The notes beneath the pieces were generated by a model. That model was given only the letters and a program-made list of their open reading frames with translations. It was not told the DNA's origin and did not search any database. DNA of 62,437 bases, the filler included, from Nitrospinota bacterium (lineage in GTDB: Bacteria; JAUXIQ01), in NCBI GenBank assembly GCA_030620925.1. It is 14 parts of 14 records of this genome, joined end to end, with 100 filler letters (N's around TTAATTAATTAA, not from the genome) between each part and the next. Parts side by side here need not be neighbours in the genome. Positions count along the whole stretch, not along the records: positions 38,231 to 42,065 come from JAUXIQ010000278.1; positions 42,166 to 46,186 come from JAUXIQ010000265.1; positions 46,287 to 49,961 come from JAUXIQ010000291.1; positions 50,062 to 53,591 come from JAUXIQ010000307.1; 10 more parts are not named here. One strand, written 5' to 3'. This document shows positions 40,876 through 51,577 of the stretch, piece after piece. The first letter of the stretch is position 1. Every line of letters starts with the position of its first letter. Made by a program: the position numbers and the translations under genes.

Positions 40876-42065
40876 ATGGCAGACCATAAACCCCCTGATA
40901 AATTCGAGACCCTTTCGGGTATACCGTTGAAAAACGTCTATACCAAAGAGGACGTATCGAGCGGGGATGAGAGAGAGTGGCTGGGTTTGCCCGGTCAACC
41001 GCCTTTCACCCGCGGCGTATACCCCAACATGTACCGCCAGCAACCCTGGCGCATCTTCGAGCTGAGCGGTTACGGCACCCCTGAAGACGAGCGGGAACGC
41101 ATCCTCTACCTCCTGAGCCAGGGCGAGACCGGGTTCATCATGGAAATCGACCAGTTGACCACCTACCACATGTTCGATATCGACCACCCTGAAGTAATGG
41201 CCCGGAAAGAAGACGTCGGGCTCACCGGCCCGCCTCTCATGTCCCTGGCCGATTACGAGACGGTGCTGGAAGGCATCAACCTGGACGAAGTCTACGCCCA
41301 TCCGGGCGGCGCCGTTATCCAGTTCGCGCCCTTCGCACACGCTTCTTATTTTTCAATTGCCCAGAAGAGGGGTATACCTCTTAACAAGCTGCGGGGCACC
41401 GGCCAGAGCGACTATTTCATCAGCTACCTCTCCTGCCCCATAAAAGAGCAGATACCGCCCCGCCCCGGCCTGCGACTCAACTGCGATTTCATCGAGTACT
41501 GCGTGGAGAACGTGCCCAAGTGGGTGCCCGTTTCCATCCCCGGTTACAACGCCAGCGAGAGCGGCATCAACGCCTACCAGGAGGTGGCGGTGGTGTTGGC
41601 CAACGCCATCGAGTACGTCGAAGAGGTGCTGCGGCGCGGGCGTTTGGGCATAGACGATTTCGCCTACGGTATCGGCGGCGTGAACTTCGCCGCCGGGCGG
41701 GACTTCTTCGAAGACGTTGCCAAGATGCGCGCCGCACGGCGTATGTGGTACAAGTTGCTCTCCAAAACCTACGGCGCCACCGACCCCAAGGCCCTCAAGA
41801 TGCGTATTCACGTGGTCACCACCGGCTCCTGGATGACCTACGAACAACCGCTCAACAACATCATCCGCGGCTCACTCTACTGCCTGACGGCGGCTTTCGC
41901 AGGCGTTCAGTCAGTGGGCGTTTCATCTTTCGATGAAGCCATATCCGGTCCTTCCGAGGAAGCGCACACCATCGCCGTGCGCACCCAGCAGATAATCCAG
42001 GAGGAGAGCAACATAACCAGCGTCGCCGACCCGCTGGGAGGTTCCTACCTGGTGGAGAAGCTCAC
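40876..42065 (+). CDS. Divergent B12-dependent acyl-CoA mutase (methylmalonyl-CoA mutase family) substrate-binding subunit, 3' truncated
   Basis: TLSGIPLKNVY, PGQPPFTRGVYPNMY, FFEDVAKMRAARRMW, QPLNNIIR, RTQQII and ADPLGGSYLVE. Confidence 0.92.
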
Positions 42066-42167
42066 NNNNNNNNNNNNNNNNNNNNNNNNNNNNNNNNNNN
42101 NNNNNNNNNTTAATTAATTAANNNNNNNNNNNNNNNNNNNNNNNNNNNNNNNNNNNNNNNNNNNNAG

Positions 42168-42500
42168 AGTTACAGACGCAGTGTGCAGGACACGCCCATC
42201 GAATGCATAAATCTGCGAATGCTGGTCAGCGCCTCGATGCCTCCGGTGAAGATAGACCGCGCCGACGCCAGGGAGAAGAAGGAATCCCTGAAGGGTAAGC
42301 GACGGGCCTACTTCGGCGATAAAGACGGGTACCGGGAGTCCCCGGTATACGACCGCTACCTGCTCGCCCCCGGCCAGCGGATCGAGGGGCCGGCCCTCAT
42401 CGAGGAGCGGGAGTGCACCATCGTGGTGGGGCCGCCCTGCCGGGCCGAAGTGGATGAGTATCTCAACGTGATCATAGATTTCTCAGAAGGGAGGAGCTAG
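42168..42500 (+). CDS. Hydantoinase A/oxoprolinase subunit C-terminus, 5' truncated
   Basis: PVYDRYLL.PG..IEGPALIEE...TIVV; stop overlaps the next start. Confidence 0.85.
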   Translation, partial: SYRRSVQDTPIECINLRMLVSASMPPVKIDRADAREKKESLKGKRRAYFGDKDGYRESPVYDRYLLAPGQRIEGPALIEERECTIVVGPPCRAEVDEYLNVIIDFSEGRS

Positions 42501-44200
42501 TGCGTTCATTTGACCCCATCACCCTCAAGGTCTTGTGGGACAAGCTTATCTACATAGCCGAGGAAGCCGGCGCCACGCTCATCCGCACCTCCTTCTCGCC
42601 CATCGTGAGGGAGGCCAACGATTTCGCCTGCGCCCTGATGGACGCCAGGGGCGATTCGGTCGGGCAGTCACCCTACGCCATTCCCTCTTTTATCGGCACC
42701 ATGCCCATCACCGCCAAGCACTTCCTGCGAAAGTTTCCGCCTGAGTCGCTGCGGCCCGGAGACGTTCTCATCACCAACGACCCCTGGCTGGCCACCGGCC
42801 ACCTGCCCGACCTGACCATCATAACCCCCGTCTTTCACGGGGAGAAGCACGTGGCTATGGCGGGCACCATCGCCCATACGCCGGACATAGGCGGCATCGT
42901 GGGGTTGGGCCTGGCATCGGAGGTCTTCGAGGAAGGGCTGCGCATCCCCATGTGCAAGCTGTTCAAGGGGGGGCAGGCCAACGAAGACCTGTTCGAGATA
43001 ATCCGGAGCAACGTGAGGGTCCCCGAACAGACCATAGGGGACATCATGGCCATGGTGGCCTCCAACGAGGCGGCCGCCGACAGGCTGCAGGAGGTCATGA
43101 ACGAATTTGAGCTGAAGGATATAGAGGAGCTGTCAGGAGAGGTAAACACACGGTCGGAAGAGGCCATGCGTTCGGCCATAGAAGAGATACCCGACGGCTC
43201 ATATTCCCACGAAGCGGTCATGGACGGATACGAGGAACCCCTCCACATACGGGCCACGCTGACCATCTCGGGAAGCGATATTAACGTAGACTATACCGGC
43301 TCCTCACCGCAGAACCCGCGGGGGATCAACTCGGTGATGAACTACACTTACGCCTATACCGCCTATCCCTTGAAATGCGTCACCAACCCCACCATACCCA
43401 ACAACACGGGGTGTTTTCGTCCCATAACGGTCACCGCCCCGGAGGGCAGCATCATGAACGCCCGGTTTCCCGCTGCGGTTAACCTCCGCCACTTCACGGG
43501 GCACATGGCCCATACGGTCATATTCGGAGCACTGGCCGAAGCGGCGCCGGACAAGGTGATGGCATACAGCGGCTCCGCGCCGCTCTGGTTCCCGGTCCTG
43601 GTTGGCAAGGGATACCGGGGAGAGCCCTTCGTGCAGTTCATAACCGCCAACGGGGGGAGCGGTGCCTATCCCGCCAAGGACGGCGAAATCTGCAGTTATC
43701 CCAGCAACCTCTCTAACATTCCAATCGAGATGATTGAGAACTACGCGCCCATCCTGATAGAAGCCAAAGAGATCATCCCCGGCTCGGCGGGCGCCGGCCG
43801 ATACCGCGGCGGCTGGGGCCAGCGTATGGCCATAAGCTCCCGCTCGGAAGAACCCATACAGCTCGGAATAAACGCGGACAGGATAAAGAATCCGGCCAAG
43901 GGTCTACTGGGAGGGGGACCCGGCGCGCCGGGAAGGGTAACGATAAACGGCCAGGAGCTACCCTTTTCCAAAGGGATTACTATCCTTAAGAATGGAGACT
44001 CAGCGGATTTCTGCTACCCCGGTGGGGGCGGCCTGCACGATCCCAGGACGAGAGACGCTGAGCTGGTGCTTAAAGAAGTGCGCGACGGCCTCCTATCCGT
44101 CCGGGAGGCGGCCGAGATATACGGTGTGGTATTAAAAGGCCAGGGTATCGGAATGGAAATCGACGCACAGGAAACCAGGAAACTGCGGGGGGAGGACTGA
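42500..44200 (+). CDS. Hydantoinase B/oxoprolinase family subunit
   Basis: DPITL, RTSFSPIVREANDF, LRPGDVLITNDPW..GHLPD, EEGLRIP, GAGRYRGG and PGGGG. Confidence 0.94.
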   Translation: MRSFDPITLKVLWDKLIYIAEEAGATLIRTSFSPIVREANDFACALMDARGDSVGQSPYAIPSFIGTMPITAKHFLRKFPPESLRPGDVLITNDPWLATGHLPDLTIITPVFHGEKHVAMAGTIAHTPDIGGIVGLGLASEVFEEGLRIPMCKLFKGGQANEDLFEIIRSNVRVPEQTIGDIMAMVASNEAAADRLQEVMNEFELKDIEELSGEVNTRSEEAMRSAIEEIPDGSYSHEAVMDGYEEPLHIRATLTISGSDINVDYTGSSPQNPRGINSVMNYTYAYTAYPLKCVTNPTIPNNTGCFRPITVTAPEGSIMNARFPAAVNLRHFTGHMAHTVIFGALAEAAPDKVMAYSGSAPLWFPVLVGKGYRGEPFVQFITANGGSGAYPAKDGEICSYPSNLSNIPIEMIENYAPILIEAKEIIPGSAGAGRYRGGWGQRMAISSRSEEPIQLGINADRIKNPAKGLLGGGPGAPGRVTINGQELPFSKGITILKNGDSADFCYPGGGGLHDPRTRDAELVLKEVRDGLLSVREAAEIYGVVLKGQGIGMEIDAQETRKLRGED

Positions 44201-44266
44201 GCGAGCTCCGAAACTCTGAACCGATCATTATCCGGCCCGCTTAACATTACAGGATGGAACTACTAT

Positions 44267-45412
44267 ATGCCCCCCTTATCAGAAATGCTTAAACGTCTGG
44301 GCACCACCGAACGGTCCAAGCTTATGGCCCGCACCATACCTGAGGAGACTGCCCGCCTGCACATCGGCGATCCTTTTTTCGACACACCTGCCCACATCTG
44401 TCATGCCGCGTTGGAAGCCATGCAGGAGGGATACACCAACTACGCTCCCTTTCCCGGTGACGCCGAGCTGCGTGAAGAGACCTGCCGGTTCCTCCGGCAG
44501 GAGTGCGGCGCGGACTTCCAAACCGATGGACTGCTGATAACCAACGGCGCCACCGAGGCCATATTCTGCTCCCTGGCGGGATACATCGATCCCGGGGATG
44601 AGGTGCTGGTGTTCGACCCCACGTACTCCCTCTACGCTACCTGCGTGCGGGCCGTGGGCGGAGTGTCGGTCTCCGTGCCTCTCTCCGCACAGTTCAGGGT
44701 GATGAAGGAAGAGCTGAGGCAGCGGGTCAGCACCAGAAGCAAGATGGTAATAATCAACAACCCGAATAACCCGACGGGGATGCTTTACTCAAGGGATGAG
44801 TTGAAGGCCGTAGCTGAAGTAGCCGTGGAAAACGATCTGCTGGTCCTCTCCGATGAGGTCTATCATAAATTCGTGTATGACGGGGCGGAACACGTCAGCG
44901 CGGCCGCTCTACCGGAGCTCAGAGAACGCTGCCTGGTGGTAAACAGTTTCTCCAAGACTTACGCCATGACCGGATGGAGGGTGGGATACGTGGCGGGTGC
45001 GGAAGCGATAGTGAAACCGCTGCTCCCGCTGCATTGCGCCCTCACGGGAACAGTCAACCACCCCGCGCAGAGGGCCGCACTCACCGCTCTCCGAGGGCCG
45101 CAGGACTGCGTGGACGATATGCGCAGCGAGTATGTTTCAAGGCGGGAGAAGATGCTGAGCGCCATCCAGCGCATCGAGGGGTTATCCTGCATACCACCAG
45201 ATGGCGCCTTCTACGTCTTCTGCAAATTCGACCTGCCTCTGACGTCCGCAGAGCTCACCGAGGAGTTAATCAACCGGGGAGTGGCGGTGCGCAGCGGAAC
45301 GGAATACGGGCCTTGCGGCGAAGGGCACATCCGCCTGGCTTTCACACCCCCGGCCCTGGAAATCGAGGAAGGTATGGAACGGCTGGGTAAGGCTTTTCGG
45401 GAGCTGAAATAG
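44267..45412 (+). CDS. PLP-dependent aminotransferase class I/II
   Basis: NNPNNPTG, SDEVY and SFSKTYAMTGWRVGY. Confidence 0.95.
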   Translation: MPPLSEMLKRLGTTERSKLMARTIPEETARLHIGDPFFDTPAHICHAALEAMQEGYTNYAPFPGDAELREETCRFLRQECGADFQTDGLLITNGATEAIFCSLAGYIDPGDEVLVFDPTYSLYATCVRAVGGVSVSVPLSAQFRVMKEELRQRVSTRSKMVIINNPNNPTGMLYSRDELKAVAEVAVENDLLVLSDEVYHKFVYDGAEHVSAAALPELRERCLVVNSFSKTYAMTGWRVGYVAGAEAIVKPLLPLHCALTGTVNHPAQRAALTALRGPQDCVDDMRSEYVSRREKMLSAIQRIEGLSCIPPDGAFYVFCKFDLPLTSAELTEELINRGVAVRSGTEYGPCGEGHIRLAFTPPALEIEEGMERLGKAFRELK

Positions 45413-46027
45413 ATGAGGGAACAGGGTCGGGCCAGGGATAAATGGAACCGCAATTCAGCGTTATACGACCTGTTCACCTTCATGGAGGTGCGAGGGAAGA
45501 ACGCCGAGGTGCGGGCGGAGATGCTGAAAGAAACGAGAGGCCGGATACTTGAAGTGGGGATAGGCACGGGGCACAGCATAGCGTTCTTTCCTGAGGGGAG
45601 TGAGGTGGTAGGAATCGACATCAGCGAAAAGATGCTGTGCAAAGCCAAAGCTAAAACGGAAGCTCAAAAAGGGAGACCGGCTCTGCTGAACATGGATGCT
45701 GAAAAGATGGGTTTCAAGGACAACTCTTTCGATACCGTGGTCAGCACCTGCGTCTTCTGTTCCGTGCCGGACCCGGTGGAGGGCCTCTCAGAAATAAAGC
45801 GAGTGCTCAAACCGGACGGCCGCCTCCTGATGTATGAACACATGATAAGCCGCAACCCTTTGCTGGCGCTCATGCTGAACGCCATGAACCCCTTCGTTTC
45901 CCGGATCATGGGCTCTAACGTAAACCGGGACACCGTGGGGAACATAGTAACAGCAGGCTTGAGGGTGACAAGGGAGAGGAACGTCCGCTTCTTCGATATC
46001 TTCAGACGTATCGACGCAACACACTGA
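45413..46027 (+). CDS. Class I SAM-dependent methyltransferase (UbiE/PmtA-like)
   Basis: ILEVGIGTG, FDTVVSTCVFCSVPDP and RVLKPDG. Confidence 0.9.
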   Translation: MREQGRARDKWNRNSALYDLFTFMEVRGKNAEVRAEMLKETRGRILEVGIGTGHSIAFFPEGSEVVGIDISEKMLCKAKAKTEAQKGRPALLNMDAEKMGFKDNSFDTVVSTCVFCSVPDPVEGLSEIKRVLKPDGRLLMYEHMISRNPLLALMLNAMNPFVSRIMGSNVNRDTVGNIVTAGLRVTRERNVRFFDIFRRIDATH

Positions 46028-46288
46028 TAGAGCCCGCCAGGGCGTCTGCCGACCATTCCGTTCCATACGACCCAGACTTCTATTCTGACAGCAGGTCATC
46101 TAACAATGCCCTTGCGCTATCTCCATCCCATTTCCTGGCTCCGATGGCAACGACCGCAATTCTTCCCTCCCTGTCGATGAGAAAGGNNNNNNNNNNNNNN
46201 NNNNNNNNNNNNNNNNNNNNNNNNNNNNNNTTAATTAATTAANNNNNNNNNNNNNNNNNNNNNNNNNNNNNNNNNNNNNNNNNNNNAG

Positions 46289-47407
46289 GAAGAACAACAG
46301 GTCGCCGCCCCCGAAGCGGAAATTGAGGCGGAAGAAGAATTAGAACTCGCCGAGCAGACGGAAGAGGCCGCTGAGGAGGCTGAGCTGCAGGCCGATACCG
46401 AACAGACGGCCGACGAAGACGCTGACGAAGACTTTGAAATAAAGCTGGAACTGGAAGAAACTGTGGAGGAGGCTGAGCTGGAGGAAGATACCGAACTACC
46501 CGTCGAAGAAGAGGTTTCTGAAGATGTGGAGATAACGATGGAAGAAGAAACCGAAGAAGACGTGGAAATAACACTGGGCGGAGAAGAGGAAGAGGCCTCG
46601 GAAGAGGTCGAAATCGACGACGCCGAGGAGCAGACGGCTGAAGAAGAAACCGAAGAAGACGTGGAGATAACGCTGGGTGGAGAAGAGGAAGAAACTACAG
46701 AGGAGGTTGAGCTGCAGGCCGACACCGAACAACCAGCGGAAGAAGAGGTTTCTGAAGATGTGGAGATAACGCTGGGTGGAGAAGAGGAAGAGACTGCCGA
46801 GGAGGTTGAGCTGCAGGAAGAAGTCGAACAGCCTGCCGATGCTGAAGTAACTGCCGAAGCTGATGATATTAAGCTGGCGCTCGACACGGAAGAGACCGAC
46901 GAGGAATTTGAATTAGAAACTGAACCGCCCGCTGCCGTCCAGGACGAGGAAGACGTCGAAGACCAAGCCTTTCCCGTCTATGAGGAGACGGATATCACTG
47001 CTGACTACGAGCAAGCTTCGGAAGAAGTATCGCCGCAACCCGAGGAAATGGAGGAAGTCGCCTCCGATAGCTACGGGCAGGATTCCGAACCGCCTCTCGA
47101 AACGCCGGAAAAGCCCCTCGAAAAAGAGGGTGCCATATCGCAGACCGGTGTCGAAGGCTTCGGTAATGTCCTCGGCCAGCATTTAGTGGATACGGCGGAG
47201 CGCGTCCTCTACGAATCCCTGGAGCGGGCCGTGCAGGAAAGCGTAGAGAAAGCCCTGGAAAATATCAAGCCGGAGCTCATGGAAGCGGCCAGGCAGCAAC
47301 TGGAGCGGTTTCTGCCCGGCATGGCGGAGGTGATCATCCGGCAGGAAATTGAGAAGCTCAAGGAAAGCGTGCAGAGAGAAGACAGCAACCCCAACATGCC
47401 CGTCTGA
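46289..47407 (+). CDS. Very acidic repeat protein with RomR-like C-terminal helix, 5' truncated
   Basis: Frame open from the contig edge; Glu-rich; C-terminal FLPGMAEVIIRQEIEKL; directly upstream of valS. Confidence 0.7.
   Translation, partial: EEQQVAAPEAEIEAEEELELAEQTEEAAEEAELQADTEQTADEDADEDFEIKLELEETVEEAELEEDTELPVEEEVSEDVEITMEEETEEDVEITLGGEEEEASEEVEIDDAEEQTAEEETEEDVEITLGGEEEETTEEVELQADTEQPAEEEVSEDVEITLGGEEEETAEEVELQEEVEQPADAEVTAEADDIKLALDTEETDEEFELETEPPAAVQDEEDVEDQAFPVYEETDITADYEQASEEVSPQPEEMEEVASDSYGQDSEPPLETPEKPLEKEGAISQTGVEGFGNVLGQHLVDTAERVLYESLERAVQESVEKALENIKPELMEAARQQLERFLPGMAEVIIRQEIEKLKESVQREDSNPNMPV
46556..46852 (+). repeat. Three tandem 99-bp (33-aa) coding repeats starting EDVEITLGGEEEE
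   Basis: Units start at 46556, 46655 and 46754. Confidence 0.9.
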
Positions 47408-47514
47408 TTAGAGACGTTTTATGCTTACGCCCGGCGGAAGAAACCGAAGCATGAACGCCCCGGATAAAAAACGAACCCCGCTATAGAGGGTTAAACCGCG
47501 CTAAGGGAGGGAAA

Positions 47515-49961
47515 TTGGCCCAAGAACCACTTGCTAAAAGTTACGACCCGGCGGGCATAGAAGATAAATGGTATGAATTTTGGCTCCAAAAGGGGTATTT
47601 CCACGCCAACGAACATTCAAACGATTCACCCTTCACCATAGTAATACCTCCCCCAAATATAACCGGTTCGCTGCACGTGGGCCACGCCTTCAACAACACC
47701 ATCCAGGACATAATCATCCGCTGGAAACGTATGGACGGATTCAACACGCTGTGGCTGCCCGGAACGGACCACGCGGGCATCGCCACCCAGTACGTGGTGG
47801 AGCGGATGCTGGCCGAGGAGGGGCTGGACAGAAAGGAGCTTGGGCGTGAGGAGTTCATCAGCAGGGTCTGGCAGTGGCGGAAGGAATCGGGGCATACCAT
47901 CATCAATCAGCTCATGAAACTGGGCTCCTCCTGCGACTGGGAGAGGGAACGGTTCACCATGGACGAAGGCCTGTCGGCGGCGGTGCGCAAGGTATTCGTT
48001 CAGTTATACAGAGAAGGGCTCGTATACCGCGGCGATTATATCATCAATTCCTGCCCTCGCTGCCTTACCGTGCTCTCCGAGCTGGAGGTCGATTATCAAG
48101 AAGTAGACGGCCATCTTTATTACATCAAATACCCCCTGGTGGAAAGCGAAGAATCACTGGTCATCGCCACCACCAGGCCCGAGACCATGCTGGGGGATAC
48201 GGCGGTGGCCGTCAACCCCCACGACGAGCGCTACCAGCAGGTCACCGGCAGGAAAGTTCTCCTGCCGGTAGCGGAGAGGGAAATACCCGTCATCGCCGAC
48301 CCTTACGTAGATATCGCTTTCGGCACGGGGGCGCTCAAGATAACCCCCGCCCACGATCCCAACGATTTTATGGTAGGTATGAACCACGACCTGCCCCGGG
48401 TTAAAGCCATCGGTGAGGACGGAAAAATGACCTCCGAGGCCGGCAAATACGCCGGCCTGGACCGCTTCGATTGCCGCAGCCGGTTGTTGCAGGAGCTCGA
48501 AGACAAGGGTTATCTCGAAAAGACTGAAGACTACAGGCACAAGGTGGGCCACTGTTACCGCTGCTCCTCGGTGGTTGAACCGCTGCTCTCCAAGCAGTGG
48601 TTCGTGAGCATGCAGACGCTTGCCGAGCCCGCCGTCAAAGCGGTGGAAGAGGGCCGCATCAAGCTTGTCCCCTCCATGTGGGAGGCCACCTACTACGAGT
48701 GGATGAACAACGTGCGCGACTGGTGCATCTCCCGCCAGCTCTGGTGGGGGCACCGCATACCGGCATGGTACTGCGACGACTGCGGAGAGATAACCGTTTC
48801 CGAAAAGGACCCCACCTCCTGCGAATATTGCTCCAGCGGCAAAATCACCCAGGACGAGGACGTGCTGGACACCTGGTTCAGCTCGGGGCTCTGGCCCTTC
48901 ACCACCCTGGGCTGGCCTGAGAAGACCAACGACCTCAAGACTTTCTATCCCACCTCCGTGCTGGTCACCGGTTTCGACATACTATTCTTCTGGGTGGCCC
49001 GAATGATCTTTTTCGGTCTCAAGGTAATGGGCGAGGTGCCCTTCCAACACGTATACGTGCACGGCCTTATACGGGACGCCGAAGGGCAGAAAATGAGCAA
49101 GACCAGGGGAAACATCATCGACCCCCTGGAGACTATGAGCTCTTTCGGTACGGACGCATTCCGCTTCACCCTGGCCGCCTTCGCCGCCCAGGGGCGGGAT
49201 ATAAAGCTCTCCGAAGAGCGCATCGAGGGATACCGCAAGTTCTGCAACAAGATTTGGAACGCCGCCCGCTTCGTGCTCATGAACGCAGAAGGTTTCGACC
49301 CGCAACTCAGCCCCCTGCAGAACATTTCCCCCGGGGAGATGGAGCTGGCCGACCGATGGATATTGAGCCGTCTCAACGGGACAATCCAGGAAGTGCGCGC
49401 CGCCCTCGAAGAATACAAGTTTAACGACACCGCCAACATCCTCTACCATTTCATCTGGCACGAATACTGCGACTGGTACATCGAGCTGGTCAAAGACCGG
49501 CTACAGCAGGACGGCCACCAGCGCCACGTGGCCCAGACGGTGCTCATGCACGTCCTGAGGGAAAGCCTGGAGCTGCTGCACCCCATCATGCCCTTCATCA
49601 CCGAGGAGCTCTGGCGCCAGATACCCGGCACCGGCGAGAGCATCATGATCACCGCCTATCCGAAAGGGTACCGCGAATGGATGGACGCCGGGGCGGAGAG
49701 GGACATGAAATTGCTGCAGGATGTAACCACCGCGGTGCGAAATATCCGGGGCGAGTTCAACGTGCCCCCTTCCCGCTCAGTGGACGCCATTGTAAAATGC
49801 GAGAGGGAAGAACCCCTGGAACTTCTCACCGTCTATTCCGCTTACGTCTCCAGGCTTGCAGGGATCGGAAAGCTGGAAACGGGCAAACAGTCGGTCGCCC
49901 CCCGGCTCTCCGCCTCCGCCGTGGTGGGGGGACTGGAGGTGTTCGTGCCCCTGGAAGGCCT
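47515..49961 (+). CDS. valS: Valyl-tRNA synthetase, 3' truncated
   Basis: PPPNITGSLHVGH, DWCISRQLWWGH, DVLDTWFSS and KMSKT; TTG start after GGAGG. Confidence 0.99.
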
Positions 49962-50061
49962 NNNNNNNNNNNNNNNNNNNNNNNNNNNNNNNNNNNNNNN
50001 NNNNNTTAATTAATTAANNNNNNNNNNNNNNNNNNNNNNNNNNNNNNNNNNNNNNNNNNNN

Positions 50062-50167
50062 AGCTGCAGCCGAGGAGAAAACACCCAAAGCCGCAGCCGA
50101 GGAGAAAGCACCCAAAGCTGCAGCCGAGGAGAAAGCACCCAAAGCCGCAGCCAAAGAAAAAGCTTAA
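50062..50167 (+). repeat. 27-bp tandem repeat (3 units plus a partial) encoding the (AAAEEKAPK)n tail of a truncated gene
   Basis: Unit AGCYGCAGCCGAGGAGAAARCACCCAA; frame ends at TAA 50165-50167. Confidence 0.85.
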
Positions 50168-50380
50168 GGGACCTTCGCTCCCAGTCCTGAGAATCGCAGG
50201 GATATCTTTACGTCCCGGAGATCAGTATCTGATCTCAATAACCATTTTCCCCATCTCTTAAAATAAGTTTTTTTATCGCCTGAAAAGGTGGTAAGGGAGT
50301 TTCAGGAAAAAGTTTTTGGGGGGAAGTATAAACGAAGGGTGGTTATCAAAGCGCAAGTATCTGCCATACTTTAAAAGTGA

Positions 50381-51577
50381 TCAGTTAGACAGGTGGTCTA
50401 TCCGCTCGGACAGATATTTTCTCAGCCTGTCATCATCCTCTTTTCTCTCGGCAAGATTAAACAAGTTTAACAAATCTTCAGTGGTGCTGTTTGCCTGGGC
50501 CTTCTCTATGGCCTTTATGTTATCCAAAAAAGCTCTCACAACCATCGGATCGAAATGCTTTCCGGAGCCTTCCCGCACAATGCTGTATGCCTCTTCATTG
50601 GCAAAGGCAGCCTTATAGACGCGGGGCGAGGTGAGGGCATCGAAGACATCCACAACAGCGACTATACGCCCCGCAAAGGGTATCTGCTCACCTCTCAGGC
50701 CCAAAGGATAACCGCTCCCATCCCACTTCTCATGGTGGGTCAACACGATGTCCTGGGCCATCTTGAGGAAATCGACCTCGGAGCCGTAAAGAATTTCGAA
50801 ACCTATGATGGAGTGTTTCTTGATATCTTCGAATTCATTCTTGCTCAAGCTCCCGGGTTTAAGCAGTATGGAGTCGGGGATGCCGATCTTCCCGATATCG
50901 TGCATTACGCTGGCCACTTTAAGGCTTGCGATGTCCTCTACGTCCCACCCCAGAGCGGTTGCAATAATCACCGAGTATTCGCTTATACGTTTCAGGTGAG
51001 ACGCAGTCTCCTGGTTTCTGAACTCAGCGGCCAGAGACAGACGATAGATGGTATCGCGGTGAGCCTCCTTTATCCTGCTCTTCGACTTATCGATCTCACT
51101 CATGGCGATGGTTAAAGCATCCGCACTCTGCTTTATCTTTGCCTCCAGGCTTTCTCTATATTTCCTTACCTTTTTCACTAAACGGCCTTTTTCCAGGGCA
51201 TTTTGTATGTTCGCGCTCAGGCTCTTCAGGTCTATGGGTTTGGTAACGTAGTCGAAGGCGCCGTTCTTCATGGCAGAAACAGCGATTTCGGTATCATTAA
51301 GAGCGGTAACCATTATTATGGGTAACTCCTGGTCCATCTTCCGGACGTTCCGGAGAAGTTCCAGGCCATCCATCTCCGGCATTCGGATATCCATCAGAAT
51401 GATATCCGGCGCGCTGTTAGAATCCCTGATGATCATATCCAGGGCTTCCACACCGGAACAGGCCGTATTCACCGTATAACCCTTAATGATAAAATACCTT
51501 CTGAGAAGCTCACAGATGTCTGGCTCGTCGTCGACTATCAGAATTTTCAGGTTCGAACCTTCCCTGTCAATTGTCAT
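50381..51577 (-). CDS. Response regulator with HD-GYP domain (RpfG-like cyclic di-GMP phosphodiesterase)
   Basis: ILIVDDE...MDIRMPEMDG receiver domain; HDIGKIGIPD and HHEKWDGSGYP. Confidence 0.94.
   Translation of the reverse strand: MTIDREGSNLKILIVDDEPDICELLRRYFIIKGYTVNTACSGVEALDMIIRDSNSAPDIILMDIRMPEMDGLELLRNVRKMDQELPIIMVTALNDTEIAVSAMKNGAFDYVTKPIDLKSLSANIQNALEKGRLVKKVRKYRESLEAKIKQSADALTIAMSEIDKSKSRIKEAHRDTIYRLSLAAEFRNQETASHLKRISEYSVIIATALGWDVEDIASLKVASVMHDIGKIGIPDSILLKPGSLSKNEFEDIKKHSIIGFEILYGSEVDFLKMAQDIVLTHHEKWDGSGYPLGLRGEQIPFAGRIVAVVDVFDALTSPRVYKAAFANEEAYSIVREGSGKHFDPMVVRAFLDNIKAIEKAQANSTTEDLLNLFNLAERKEDDDRLRKYLSERIDHLSN

Noticed and set aside
40876-44200. Apparent mutase plus hydantoinase operon, and other cross-linker neighbourhoods such as integrase with metF
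   Set aside because: The genes lie on different contigs, so the adjacency is an artefact of concatenation.
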